From Candidatus Micrarchaeota archaeon (GTDB taxonomy: Archaea > Micrarchaeota > Micrarchaeia > Anstonellales > Bilamarchaeaceae), in the NCBI GenBank assembly GCA_043827025.1, contig JBDRPL010000032.1, positions 45,870-109,869 of the forward strand: 64,000 nucleotides of DNA, in the 5' to 3' direction. Below are positions 1-8,605 of this stretch, piece by piece. The number at the start of each line of letters is the position of its first letter. Positions within the stretch are counted from its first letter, which is position 1. Under the pieces are notes generated by a model that did no database searches, had not been told where the DNA came from, and saw only the letters and a list, made by a program, of their open reading frames with translations. Position numbers and translations under genes: made by a program.

Positions 1-75
1 CAACTTCTTTCCTATTGAGTAACTTGTTTTCTTTTTCAGATTCTATATTCAGTTCCATATATCCACCGTTTAGTA

Positions 76-474
76 TCATCTTATTCTTTCTATCTTTCTT
101 CGCCCCATTGATTCAAGTACGTCTGCTTCTTTTCCAGGGGCCACTTGGTCCATAAGTTCTTCAGGTACATCAAGATCGTACATTTCATAGGTTTGTGAAT
201 CCATGACCTTGATAGTCTTTCCTTCGACAGACATTATCTGGACTGATTTCCTGTCAATTATTGGAATTTCAATTGTAGCGTCTCCAGGAGTAAGGATGAC
301 TTTTTTCTGGCCGTCGAAAATGCCTATTGCAGTTATTCTTAGTTTTGCTCCGCCGTGTTTTCCTGATTTGGATTTGTCTATATTAACTATTTTGCATGGC
401 ACTCCATCTGCCAGCATGTACTTTCCATCTTTCAGGTCTTTTGCATCTCCTAGGGTTTTTTCATTACTCATCAT
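76..474 (-). CDS. eif5A: Translation factor aIF-5A
   Basis: SKSGKHGGAK hypusine-site motif; 132 aa. Confidence 0.96.
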   Translation of the reverse strand: MMSNEKTLGDAKDLKDGKYMLADGVPCKIVNIDKSKSGKHGGAKLRITAIGIFDGQKKVILTPGDATIEIPIIDRKSVQIMSVEGKTIKVMDSQTYEMYDLDVPEELMDQVAPGKEADVLESMGRRKIERIR

Positions 475-619
475 ATACCACCATTTGAGGTTTAAATTTT
501 CAAAAAGATAGAACTTTTATGGAACATTAGCTTTTTTAATATAGCAGATACGCTTTTCGCCGTATAGATATCATTAGGCTAGCACTATTTTTTAAATAGG
601 ATACGATTAACTTTTAATT

Positions 620-1153
620 ATGCATTTGATTGTAGCAATAACTGGTGCATCAGGCATAGCCTATGGCACAAGGCTTGTGGAGGCTTTGAAGAAGCTGAAA
701 GCTAGCCATTCGGTGATAATCAGCGAAGGTGCCAGAAAAGTTGCTGAAGCCGAAGGCCAGAAACTGCCCAAATCCGATTATAGTGAAAAAGAGATTGGCG
801 CTCCGTCTGCCTCAGGTTCGCACAAGGTAGATGGGATGATAATCTGCCCCTGTTCGCTAAAGACTCTTGGCGAGATAGCTAACGGAGTAGGAGAGAATCT
901 TGTCACAAGGTCTGCTGAAGTCATGCTAAAGGAAAGAAGAAAATTGGTTTTAGTTGTGCGTGAGACTCCTCTTTCATACATTGCCATAAAGAATATGGAA
1001 ACAGTTACAGTTGCAGGTGCAGTAATTCTGCCAGCATCCCCTGGTTTCTATCATAATCCAAAATCCATCAACGATCTATTGGATTTCGTTGTTGGAAAGA
1101 CATTGGACCAGTTTGGGATTGAACACGCTCTATTTAAAAGATGGAAGTCGTAA
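620..1153 (+). CDS. ubiX: UbiX/Pad1 flavin prenyltransferase
   Basis: ITGASG, ASGS, PCSLKTL, LKERRKLVLVVRETP and PGFYH motifs. Confidence 0.95.
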   Translation: MHLIVAITGASGIAYGTRLVEALKKLKASHSVIISEGARKVAEAEGQKLPKSDYSEKEIGAPSASGSHKVDGMIICPCSLKTLGEIANGVGENLVTRSAEVMLKERRKLVLVVRETPLSYIAIKNMETVTVAGAVILPASPGFYHNPKSINDLLDFVVGKTLDQFGIEHALFKRWKS

Positions 1154-1162
1154 GGTGTTTTT

Positions 1163-1420
1163 ATGATGCCATTACCCCCGATAATTTATAGGAAACTCAA
1201 ATGCCAGAAATGCAAGAAGTTTGTCGAATTCATAGGGAATACTCCTGATGTTCCGGATCTGCCTCCAAGAGAAACTATCATTCCACCAGAGCTTGTCCTT
1301 TATATGAAAGGTATAGAGAAACGTGGATCGATTCCGTACTTTTGTGCCCTTCCTCCAAAAAGTTGGCCAAAAGGATGGAAGCCTTTTTGTCCTAAATGCG
1401 GGTCTGAACTTGAATATTAA
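1163..1420 (+). CDS. Small zinc-ribbon protein (CxxC...CPxC)
   Basis: CQKC and CPKC pairs; RBS-like AAGGTG upstream; lies in operon after ubiX. Confidence 0.7.
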   Translation: MMPLPPIIYRKLKCQKCKKFVEFIGNTPDVPDLPPRETIIPPELVLYMKGIEKRGSIPYFCALPPKSWPKGWKPFCPKCGSELEY

Positions 1421-1430
1421 TAAATAAGTT

Positions 1431-1637
1431 ATGGGGTTATTTATGTCAAAACTTTTCTGTCCGAAGTGCAAGAAAGGGGTTGTTCTACTTGGCGGAGATG
1501 TAGTTGACGAAAGAACTGAGGAGCTTATGCAAAAAATAAAGGATGAAGGGAATATTCCAATGATGAAAGGTTATCCTCCAGTTGGCTACAAATTATTATG
1601 TCCCGTTTGCCAGACGGTGCTTCAGAAAAAAAGGTGA
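1431..1637 (+). CDS. Small zinc-ribbon protein, paralog of 1163-1420
   Basis: CPKC and CPVC pairs; shares KLxCxKCKK, GxIP, PP and CPxC pattern with the upstream ORF; start may be ATG 1443. Confidence 0.7.
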   Translation: MGLFMSKLFCPKCKKGVVLLGGDVVDERTEELMQKIKDEGNIPMMKGYPPVGYKLLCPVCQTVLQKKR

Positions 1638-1641
1638 AAAA

Positions 1642-2937
1642 ATGATTTCGTTTCGTGAATTTGTTGAAAAAATTAAGAAGAATGGAAAATTGGTTGAATT
1701 GAAGAAGCCAATCTCAAAGTATCTTGACCTTGCCGGGATTTTGAGCCAGCTGGATGGCAAGCCTGTAATTGGCGAGGCGAAAGAAGGAGGCAGGTTCGCA
1801 GGTAATGTCTTTTCCACAAAGGAATTGGTTGCTGAATGCCTTGGCGTTTCAGTAAGCGAACTCATCCCTAAACTGACGAATGCAATCAACAATCCAACAA
1901 AACCCAAGACTGTAGACGCTAAGAACGCGCCTGTTCTTGAAGTCGAAGAAAAGAACGTTGATCTTTCAAAACTACCCATTCCATTCCATGCTGAAAAAGA
2001 CGGCGGGCCTTATTTTTCTTCGGCTGTAATCATTGCAAATGATTCCCAATACGGCAGAAACTGTTCATTTCATCGAATGATGGTGATTGGCAAAGACGAA
2101 TTGGTGATGCGAATACTTCCAAGGCATCTTAATGAATTCATAAAGCGCGCTGGCGGAGAGCTTGATGTTGCGTTTGTCCTTGGCGCTCCAATAAATGTCC
2201 TTCTTTCAGGCGCAATCTCAGTTGATCTTGGAAAGGATGAATTGACCATTGCCAATAGTTTGATGCCTGTGAACACTGTCAAACTAAGTAATGGTATTGA
2301 AGTTCCTGCAGATGCGGAATTTGCATTCGAAGGAAAAATCACAAAGGAAATGGTTGATGAAGGTCCGTTCATAGATCTTACTGAAACATATGACATTGTA
2401 AGGAAACAGCCGGTGATGAAAGTCACTAGGGTTTATCATAGAAAAGATCCAATCTGGCACGTTCTTCTGCCTGGTGGTCTGGAGCACAAGATATTGATGG
2501 GAATGCCAAGAGAGCCAACCATCTTCAATGAAGTCAATAAGGTTTGTGAGTGCAAGGGCGTCAATATAACTCCGGGAGGTTGCTCATGGCTTCATGCCGT
2601 GGTTGCAATAAGGAAAAAGAAGGAAGATGATGGCAAGAAGGCAATTGAAGCTGCATTCAAAGGTCACAAGTCATTGAAGCACGTTGTAATTGTTGATGAA
2701 GATATTGACATCTACAATCCAATGAGTGTTGAATGGGCAATTGCAACAAGGGTTCAGGCAGACAAAAGCATAGTGATAAAGCAGAATGAGAAAGGTTCTT
2801 CTCTTGACCCCTCGGCAGACCCGAACACATTGGCAACAACAAAGATGGGTGTTGATGCCACAAAGCCACTAGTCGCTCATGGGAAAAACTTTGAGATGGC
2901 AGACTACAAGAAGATGGATGTGAAGAAATATCTCTAA
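1642..2937 (+). CDS. ubiD: UbiD-family prFMN decarboxylase, probably anhydromevalonate phosphate decarboxylase
   Basis: DGGPY, EGPFIDLT, VDEDID, WAIATR, SSLDPS and KMGVDAT motifs; ATG 1642 follows AGGTGA RBS; clustered with ubiX and AcnX subunits. Confidence 0.92.
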   Translation: MISFREFVEKIKKNGKLVELKKPISKYLDLAGILSQLDGKPVIGEAKEGGRFAGNVFSTKELVAECLGVSVSELIPKLTNAINNPTKPKTVDAKNAPVLEVEEKNVDLSKLPIPFHAEKDGGPYFSSAVIIANDSQYGRNCSFHRMMVIGKDELVMRILPRHLNEFIKRAGGELDVAFVLGAPINVLLSGAISVDLGKDELTIANSLMPVNTVKLSNGIEVPADAEFAFEGKITKEMVDEGPFIDLTETYDIVRKQPVMKVTRVYHRKDPIWHVLLPGGLEHKILMGMPREPTIFNEVNKVCECKGVNITPGGCSWLHAVVAIRKKKEDDGKKAIEAAFKGHKSLKHVVIVDEDIDIYNPMSVEWAIATRVQADKSIVIKQNEKGSSLDPSADPNTLATTKMGVDATKPLVAHGKNFEMADYKKMDVKKYL

Positions 2938-2992
2938 TACGCACTTTGCCATGCGTGCGAATACTTTTATATTCTATAGTTGAATCTTTACC

Positions 2993-3577
2993 ATGAAAAA
3001 ATTACTGTTAGTTGTTTTTCTGCTGTTTGTTTTTGGTTGCACAAGCATGACTCCGGATGCGAGCACAAATGCAAGTGCGAAGACCCAGGCAAATGCAGCG
3101 GATGGAAGTGTTGCTATGACAAAAAACATTGTTGAAAAAGGAGATATGGTCTCAGTGGATTATGTAGGAACTCTAAGTGATGGGACTGTATTTGACACAA
3201 GCCTTAGGGATGTTGCTCAAAACGCAGGCCTTGAGCTGAGACCGAGCTACCAGCCATTGTCATTTAGCGTAGGCGCAGGCCAGATGATTCCAGGTTTTGA
3301 TAATGGGGTAGTTGGTATGAAAGAAGGCGAAGAAAAAACCATTTTCATAAATGCAAAGGATGCCTATGGGGAATCCACTCCTGACAATATCGTTCAAGTT
3401 CCGGTCGATGCAATTGATGGTACACCTACCGTAGGGCAGATATTGCAGGCAAACAATGGTGCAATGGGTGTTGTAACCTCTGTAACTAGTGATAGGATTA
3501 CAGTTGATTTCAACCATCCGTTGGCAGGAAAGGATTTAACCTTTAAAGTAACAGTAAGAAGCATAAAAAAGAAGTAA
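2993..3577 (+). CDS. Exported SlyD/FKBP-type peptidyl-prolyl isomerase
   Basis: VDYVG, FDTS, GQMIPGF and VDFNHPLAGKDL motifs; N-terminal signal MKK-hydrophobic-GC. Confidence 0.9.
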   Translation: MKKLLLVVFLLFVFGCTSMTPDASTNASAKTQANAADGSVAMTKNIVEKGDMVSVDYVGTLSDGTVFDTSLRDVAQNAGLELRPSYQPLSFSVGAGQMIPGFDNGVVGMKEGEEKTIFINAKDAYGESTPDNIVQVPVDAIDGTPTVGQILQANNGAMGVVTSVTSDRITVDFNHPLAGKDLTFKVTVRSIKKK

Positions 3578-3616
3578 AATTGATTGGTTATCGAATTAGA
3601 TGGTTGAGTTGGTCGA

Positions 3617-4834
3617 ATGATTCTTACAAAGCAAGAGCAGAAGATGCTTGAAGGAGAGCATGGCGAAGCAGTTCAGCAGTCAATGGAGATACTTGTTGCA
3701 CTTGGCAAGATCTACGATGCTGAGAAAATGATCCAAGTGAAAAGTGCGCAGATATCCGGCGTCTCATATAAAACTATTGGTGATGCAGGGCTTGCATATC
3801 TGCAGGATTTGGCTTCCAAGCATGCAAGAGTCAAAATCCCATCTTTCCTGAATCCAGCTGGCATGGATCGACGCCAGTGGAAGGAGATGAAAATTCCAGA
3901 AGAGTTTGCAAAAAAGCAGATTGAAATCCTTGATGCATATACTTCGATGCACATTATGCCTACCTGCACTTGTGCACCCTATGAAATCGGGATAAGACCT
4001 AGAAAACATGACCACATTGCATGGTCTGAGAGCTCGGCAGTTTCTTTTACAAACTCTGTTTTAGGCGCACGAACCAATCGAGAAGGCGGGCCAAGCGCAT
4101 TGGCAGCTGCAATTTGTGGCATTACTCCTTCCTATGGGTTGCATCTTGATGAGAACAGAGTTTCAGAATTGGTTATTGATGTTGAATGCAAACTGAATAA
4201 TGCAAGCGATTTTGCAGCATTGGGCGTTTATGTTGGCAAGCTTGCAAAGAACAAGCACCCTGCATTTAAAGGAGTGAGAAAGAGCATGTACGGCTCAAGA
4301 ATACATGATGAGGATTTGCTCAAATCCCTTGGTGCAGCAATGGCAGCCTCGGGTTCAGTAGCATTGTTTTATGTGGAGGATACGACTCCAGAATATGCAG
4401 TTTCAAAAAAACCGGAAAAAATCTCATTCACTGAAAAGGAATTGAATGCCGCCAGGAAGGAATTGAACAAATGCAATGAAAAGCCGGAGATAATAACTCT
4501 TGGCTGTCCGCACGCTTCCCTTGAACAGATAAGGGAGGTTGCAAAACTTCTGCGAAAGAAAAAACTTACTTGCGAACTATGGGTATGCACATCACAGCAG
4601 ATGAAGAAAAGGGCAGATGCCTATGGCTATGCAGCAATAATAGAAAAAGCAGGTGGAAAATTAATCGCAGATACTTGCATGGTTGTCTGCCCATTGGAAA
4701 CAATTGGATACAAAATCACAGGAGCAGATTCAGGTAAGGCAGCCAAATATTTAGAGAGCCTGTGCAAGCAGAAGGTCGTCTTCAATGACATGAAGACGCT
4801 GATTGAGAATAACTCTGAATCCATAAAGAAGTGA
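3617..4834 (+). CDS. Aconitase X catalytic subunit (phosphomevalonate dehydratase large subunit-like)
   Basis: CTCAPY, WSESSAV, GARTNREGG, LGCPH and DTCMVV motifs including three Fe-S cysteines. Confidence 0.92.
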   Translation: MILTKQEQKMLEGEHGEAVQQSMEILVALGKIYDAEKMIQVKSAQISGVSYKTIGDAGLAYLQDLASKHARVKIPSFLNPAGMDRRQWKEMKIPEEFAKKQIEILDAYTSMHIMPTCTCAPYEIGIRPRKHDHIAWSESSAVSFTNSVLGARTNREGGPSALAAAICGITPSYGLHLDENRVSELVIDVECKLNNASDFAALGVYVGKLAKNKHPAFKGVRKSMYGSRIHDEDLLKSLGAAMAASGSVALFYVEDTTPEYAVSKKPEKISFTEKELNAARKELNKCNEKPEIITLGCPHASLEQIREVAKLLRKKKLTCELWVCTSQQMKKRADAYGYAAIIEKAGGKLIADTCMVVCPLETIGYKITGADSGKAAKYLESLCKQKVVFNDMKTLIENNSESIKK

Positions 4835-4884
4835 TGATTATGCAAATCAAGACCCAAGCAAAAAAGAAAAAAAAGGTTGAAGGG

Positions 4885-5421
4885 ATGGGTAAAACAGACC
4901 TATTCTTTTATGTTGGGTTACTTGGTATGCTCACTCTTATTTTCGGAGTATTTGCCCAACCAGCAACACTTTTACAAAAATCCTTGTTCCTCATTGGTGC
5001 GTCTATACTTGCCCTAGTTGCATTAAAAGATAATCAGAAGATGCTATTGGTTTTGCAGATGCTTATCACATTTGCCAATATCCTGGCTTTTTTGGATTTT
5101 GGAGGTATTCTTAAGTATGGCCTATTGCTGGGTGTTGCGATAGTTGGAATCGGTTACCTTGTGTTCATCAAATACTATGAAACAGATCGTTTTGGTTGGA
5201 TAGGGACTGTTGGCCTTTTGCTGCTTGCAATTGGTTTTGCCACTGACGCTAGTACACAACCATTTTATTTTGGAATTTTACTTGGATCAGGTGCATTGCT
5301 TGTTGCGGCATACTCTTTTATAGACTATTATCAGACCAAAGGAAAGATCTCACTTATTTGGTTTGTTTTGAACATAATATTTGCAATAAATCCTTTGATA
5401 TTGGCTTTAACAAACATGTGA
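4885..5421 (+). CDS. Multi-pass membrane protein of unknown function
   Basis: About 6 hydrophobic segments in two similar halves; ORF open from 4831, start uncertain. Confidence 0.7.
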   Translation: MGKTDLFFYVGLLGMLTLIFGVFAQPATLLQKSLFLIGASILALVALKDNQKMLLVLQMLITFANILAFLDFGGILKYGLLLGVAIVGIGYLVFIKYYETDRFGWIGTVGLLLLAIGFATDASTQPFYFGILLGSGALLVAAYSFIDYYQTKGKISLIWFVLNIIFAINPLILALTNM

Positions 5422-5425
5422 TTAT

Positions 5426-5824
5426 ATGGATGTCCTCGGTAGAATTATCTCAAAAGGGAAAGCAAGTGGCCCAGTTCTCATTTCGAAAGATTCAATTTCA
5501 TTCCTTGGAGGAGTTGATCCGAAAACCGGAATCGTAATCGAGAAAGGCCATGCAATCGAAGGAAAGAATGTTTCAGGAAAAGTTTTGGTTTTTCCTTCTG
5601 GAAAAGGTTCGACGGTTGGATCTTATGTCATGCTTCAATTAAAGAAGAATGGGACAGCGCCAGTTGCAATTATAAACCTGGAGGCGGAGCCAATCATCGC
5701 AGTTGGCGCAATCATCGCACACATTCCATTATTGGATCAATTGGAAAAGGATCCGTTCAAACTATTGAAAGACGGACAGACAGTTACAGTGGATGCGGAT
5801 AAAGGAATATTGAGCTACGTGTGA
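5426..5824 (+). CDS. Aconitase X swivel subunit (DUF126; phosphomevalonate dehydratase small subunit-like)
   Basis: ISFLGGVDPKTG and GKGSTVGSY motifs. Confidence 0.93.
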   Translation: MDVLGRIISKGKASGPVLISKDSISFLGGVDPKTGIVIEKGHAIEGKNVSGKVLVFPSGKGSTVGSYVMLQLKKNGTAPVAIINLEAEPIIAVGAIIAHIPLLDQLEKDPFKLLKDGQTVTVDADKGILSYV

Positions 5825-5828
5825 TATT

Positions 5829-6530
5829 ATGATTGTCGATTCCCATTGCCATCTTTATGACATAAAGAACTTTTCTCCTGTAGAGAATATACTTCCAGTT
5901 ATTTCTGGATATTCTCATTCAACAAACCTGAAGACGATCGAAATCGCAAAGAAATACAATTATCCTTTTTGCATTGGCATAGCTCCGCAAACTGTCCTAA
6001 AGGAAGGAATGGACAAACTTGATTTGTGGGTTTCGACAATAAAGAGATCAAAGCCCAATGCAATAGGCGAAATTGGCCTGGATTATCATTGGGCGAAAAC
6101 TGATGAGCAGAAGAAGCTGCAGGGAAAATGTTTCAACGAAATGATTGCTCTTGCTGAATCCATGAAACTGCCAATAGTTCTTCATTCAAGAGAAACAACA
6201 AATATCTGCCTTGATATGCTTGAAGAAGCAAAGTTCAAAGGAAAAGTCATGCTTCATTTCTTCTCAGGCATAGTGGAAGATGCGCTTAGAACTGTTTCAA
6301 TTGGTGGTTTTGTTTCGTTTCCTCCTGTGGGTTCGAAATCAAGAAAAGATACATTATTAAAAATTCCCTTAGAAAGCATTCTTGTTGAAACTGATGCACC
6401 ATTTGTAGGGAGAAACATATCTGATGTTTCTGATTCGATAAAATATGTTGCCGGGGTTAAAAACTCGGATTTTGATACAGTTGCGGATCAGACTGCAAAG
6501 AATGCCTTTGGGTTTTTCAATATAAGATAG
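5829..6530 (+). CDS. tatD: TatD-family hydrolase
   Basis: DSHCH, IGEIGLDY, LHSR and ETDAP motifs. Confidence 0.93.
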   Translation: MIVDSHCHLYDIKNFSPVENILPVISGYSHSTNLKTIEIAKKYNYPFCIGIAPQTVLKEGMDKLDLWVSTIKRSKPNAIGEIGLDYHWAKTDEQKKLQGKCFNEMIALAESMKLPIVLHSRETTNICLDMLEEAKFKGKVMLHFFSGIVEDALRTVSIGGFVSFPPVGSKSRKDTLLKIPLESILVETDAPFVGRNISDVSDSIKYVAGVKNSDFDTVADQTAKNAFGFFNIR

Positions 6531-6533
6531 AAG

Positions 6534-7016
6534 GTGAAAATTATGGGTATTTTTGATGGCCTTTTCGGCCGCAAGAACAGGATAGCGATATTAGTAGATG
6601 GTCCGAATATCATAAGGAAGGCGTTCAACGTAGATTTGAAGGATATGAAGGCAGAACTTTCGAAATTCGGTCAGATAAGGATTGCCAAAATCTATCTTGA
6701 CCAGTATGCTTCTGAGAAATTGATAGAGGCCATGGTAAACCAGGGCTTTGAAACTGAAATCACTACGGGTGATGTTGATGTTACAATGGCAATAGAAGCA
6801 ATGGAATATGTTCTTGATCCAAATATTGACATAATCGCATTGATGACTCGCGATACGGATTACAGGCCTGTTTTGATAAAGGCAAGGGCAAAGGGGAAGA
6901 AGACAATAATAATCGCAACTGATGTTGCTTTCAGTGCAGCCCTTAGGAACACAGCAGATCATGTGATAATACTACAGACAAGGCCTGATTTGTCAGCGCC
7001 GAAACCGAAAGTTTAA
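6534..7016 (+). CDS. NYN-domain protein (TIGR00288-like)
   Basis: LVDGPN, GDVDV and TRDTDY acidic motifs. Confidence 0.85.
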   Translation: MKIMGIFDGLFGRKNRIAILVDGPNIIRKAFNVDLKDMKAELSKFGQIRIAKIYLDQYASEKLIEAMVNQGFETEITTGDVDVTMAIEAMEYVLDPNIDIIALMTRDTDYRPVLIKARAKGKKTIIIATDVAFSAALRNTADHVIILQTRPDLSAPKPKV

Positions 7017-7065
7017 AAACTCATATCGATTATATGTAAAGTAGTTTTTTTTGAGGTGTATATAA

Positions 7066-7290
7066 ATGAGCGATAAAAGACCATTTGATTTGCTGAATGA
7101 ATCAGTGAACAACACAGTGATTATTGGAATGAAGGGGAACTATGAATTTAGGGGCGTAATGATCTCATATGATATTCACATGAACGTGGTTCTTGAAAAA
7201 GCAGAGCTGATTGTTAACGGAGAAGTCAAGAAAGGCATGGGCAAGATCTTCATAAGGGGAGACAGCGTAACCTACGTTTCGCCTTCATGA
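7066..7290 (+). CDS. Sm/Lsm RNA-binding protein
   Basis: RPFDLL, YDIHMNVVL (Sm1) and IRGDSV (Sm2). Confidence 0.93.
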   Translation: MSDKRPFDLLNESVNNTVIIGMKGNYEFRGVMISYDIHMNVVLEKAELIVNGEVKKGMGKIFIRGDSVTYVSPS

Positions 7291-7356
7291 ATATGATTCA
7301 AGATAATTCAAATTTTTTCTTATTTTTCTTTTTAGTTTTCTGTTTCTAGATGATTA

Positions 7357-7527
7357 GTTGGCTATGTTTACAAGGTTAGAAAACAGGTTTTCTTTTTTGG
7401 TTACATCTAGCGTTTCTTTTCGAAAGAAAAATTTTATTGGACAAGCCTTGAACTATTGTTCACGACAGTTAAAAGCAGGTTTTCTTTGATTAAAATTTCT
7501 TTTACAAAAGAAATTTTATTGGACAAG
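7357..7527. repeat. Diverged tandem duplication of the tRNA-Ala 3' end and trailer (period 82 bp)
   Basis: Exact 17-mer AAATTTTATTGGACAAG at 7429-7445 and 7511-7527; CAGGTTTTCTTT shared at 7384 and 7476; palindrome at 7491-7518. Confidence 0.8.
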
Positions 7528-7681
7528 AAGGGATTTGAACCCTCAGCCTCCCCCAGTTCGGAGTCTTCGGTTTCCAGTTTCCCGTTTTGAGCCCGTAAAA
7601 CAAAAAATACAAGACTCAAAACTCTAGACCGAAAACTTATTACTTCGCCAAGGGGGCACTCTACCGTTGAGCTACATGCCC
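7520..7681 (-). tRNA. tRNA-Ala(GGC) with a 90-nt intron at position 37/38 (intron 7556-7645)
   Basis: Cloverleaf GGGCATG...CTTGTCC-A with G3:U70 Ala identity pair; anticodon stem CCCCC/GGGGG; loop TT-GGC-G|T; TTCAAAT T-loop; BHB central helix TTGG/CCGA. Confidence 0.92.
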
Positions 7682-7779
7682 GAATGAAATGAAGGTATGG
7701 AGCGAACTTGAGTAACACCCAACTTTCTTGATGAAACTTCTTTGGCAACCCGAAAGAAGTTTCTGCTACATGCCCGAAT
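7671..7779. repeat. 15-bp direct repeat of the tRNA-Ala 5' end flanking a hairpin-containing insert (period 94 bp)
   Basis: GCTACATGCCCGAAT at 7671-7685 and 7765-7779; 11-bp stem GAAACTTCTTT/AAAGAAGTTTC at 7733-7763. Confidence 0.85.
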
Positions 7780-7825
7780 AGGTACTAAGTATAAGTGGTA
7801 GTGTTTATATTTGTTTTTCTATCTC

Positions 7826-8605
7826 CTATAGAATTGGAAAAACTGCTTTGCCGGTATTATCAGAAGCTATAGGTGTCCTGGTTGAGAAAATGCCCAGCTG
7901 TATCGTATCGATAAGGGCTTTCACTGATTTTTCAAGCATTTGTGAGAACTGACACACCATTTCATTTCCTGCATTTGCCAGAAGCATTTTATGCATATCT
8001 TCTGGATATTGGCCAATGAAGCTCGGGTCAAATGTTTTCATTTCGAGTAAGATGTCTGATATGTACAGGATTCCAATCTCCCTTTCCTTAAGCCTTCTTA
8101 TAATATTGCAATGAGATGTTAGTGCGATTATTCCATTACTACTCAAAGTGCCATTTTGATCCATACTATCTTTCCCTATAAAAGGGAACATCCTGCAAAT
8201 AAGAGGCCTATGCGAATAAATGCTGCAAGTTGCTCTGTCTGCCAAAAAATGACATTCTCCATTTTCTTTGGGATTTATGAATAATCCTTCAGTATCCCTT
8301 TCAATTTTTCTTTGAGGCACCTTACGATCCACTTCTGAATATAACTGTTTAGCATTTTGTTCTGTGGCAAGAATCATAATGCCATTTTTTTCTTTGCAGC
8401 ACTTTCCACAGGCTCTGCAATGGTGGGATTTGAAAATCGAGAGTATTCTTCTTATGGCATCAGGTGGTCTTGATGCAATTAGCTGCTGTATGCTTATGCT
8501 TTTTTGTGCCATACAGTCTCTTTTCTTGGGATATGTTCTTAAATATTCTCTTTTTACCACTTCTATTGGCTTTTTGCACAGGCCTTCCCAATGCCATGTT
8601 TTCAT
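7826..8605 (-). CDS. YkgJ-family cysteine-cluster (Fe-S/Zn) protein
   Basis: CRACGKCC, CHFL and CSIYSHRPLICRMFPF motifs; start may be 8512. Confidence 0.8.
   Translation of the reverse strand: MKTWHWEGLCKKPIEVVKREYLRTYPKKRDCMAQKSISIQQLIASRPPDAIRRILSIFKSHHCRACGKCCKEKNGIMILATEQNAKQLYSEVDRKVPQRKIERDTEGLFINPKENGECHFLADRATCSIYSHRPLICRMFPFIGKDSMDQNGTLSSNGIIALTSHCNIIRRLKEREIGILYISDILLEMKTFDPSFIGQYPEDMHKMLLANAGNEMVCQFSQMLEKSVKALIDTIQLGIFSTRTPIASDNTGKAVFPIL

Noticed and set aside
7434..7748. 104-aa ORF on the - strand
   Set aside because: Runs through tRNA-Ala and its intron
7357..7779. CRISPR mini-array
   Set aside because: Only two copies of each repeat, the repeats are tRNA ends, and no cas genes are present
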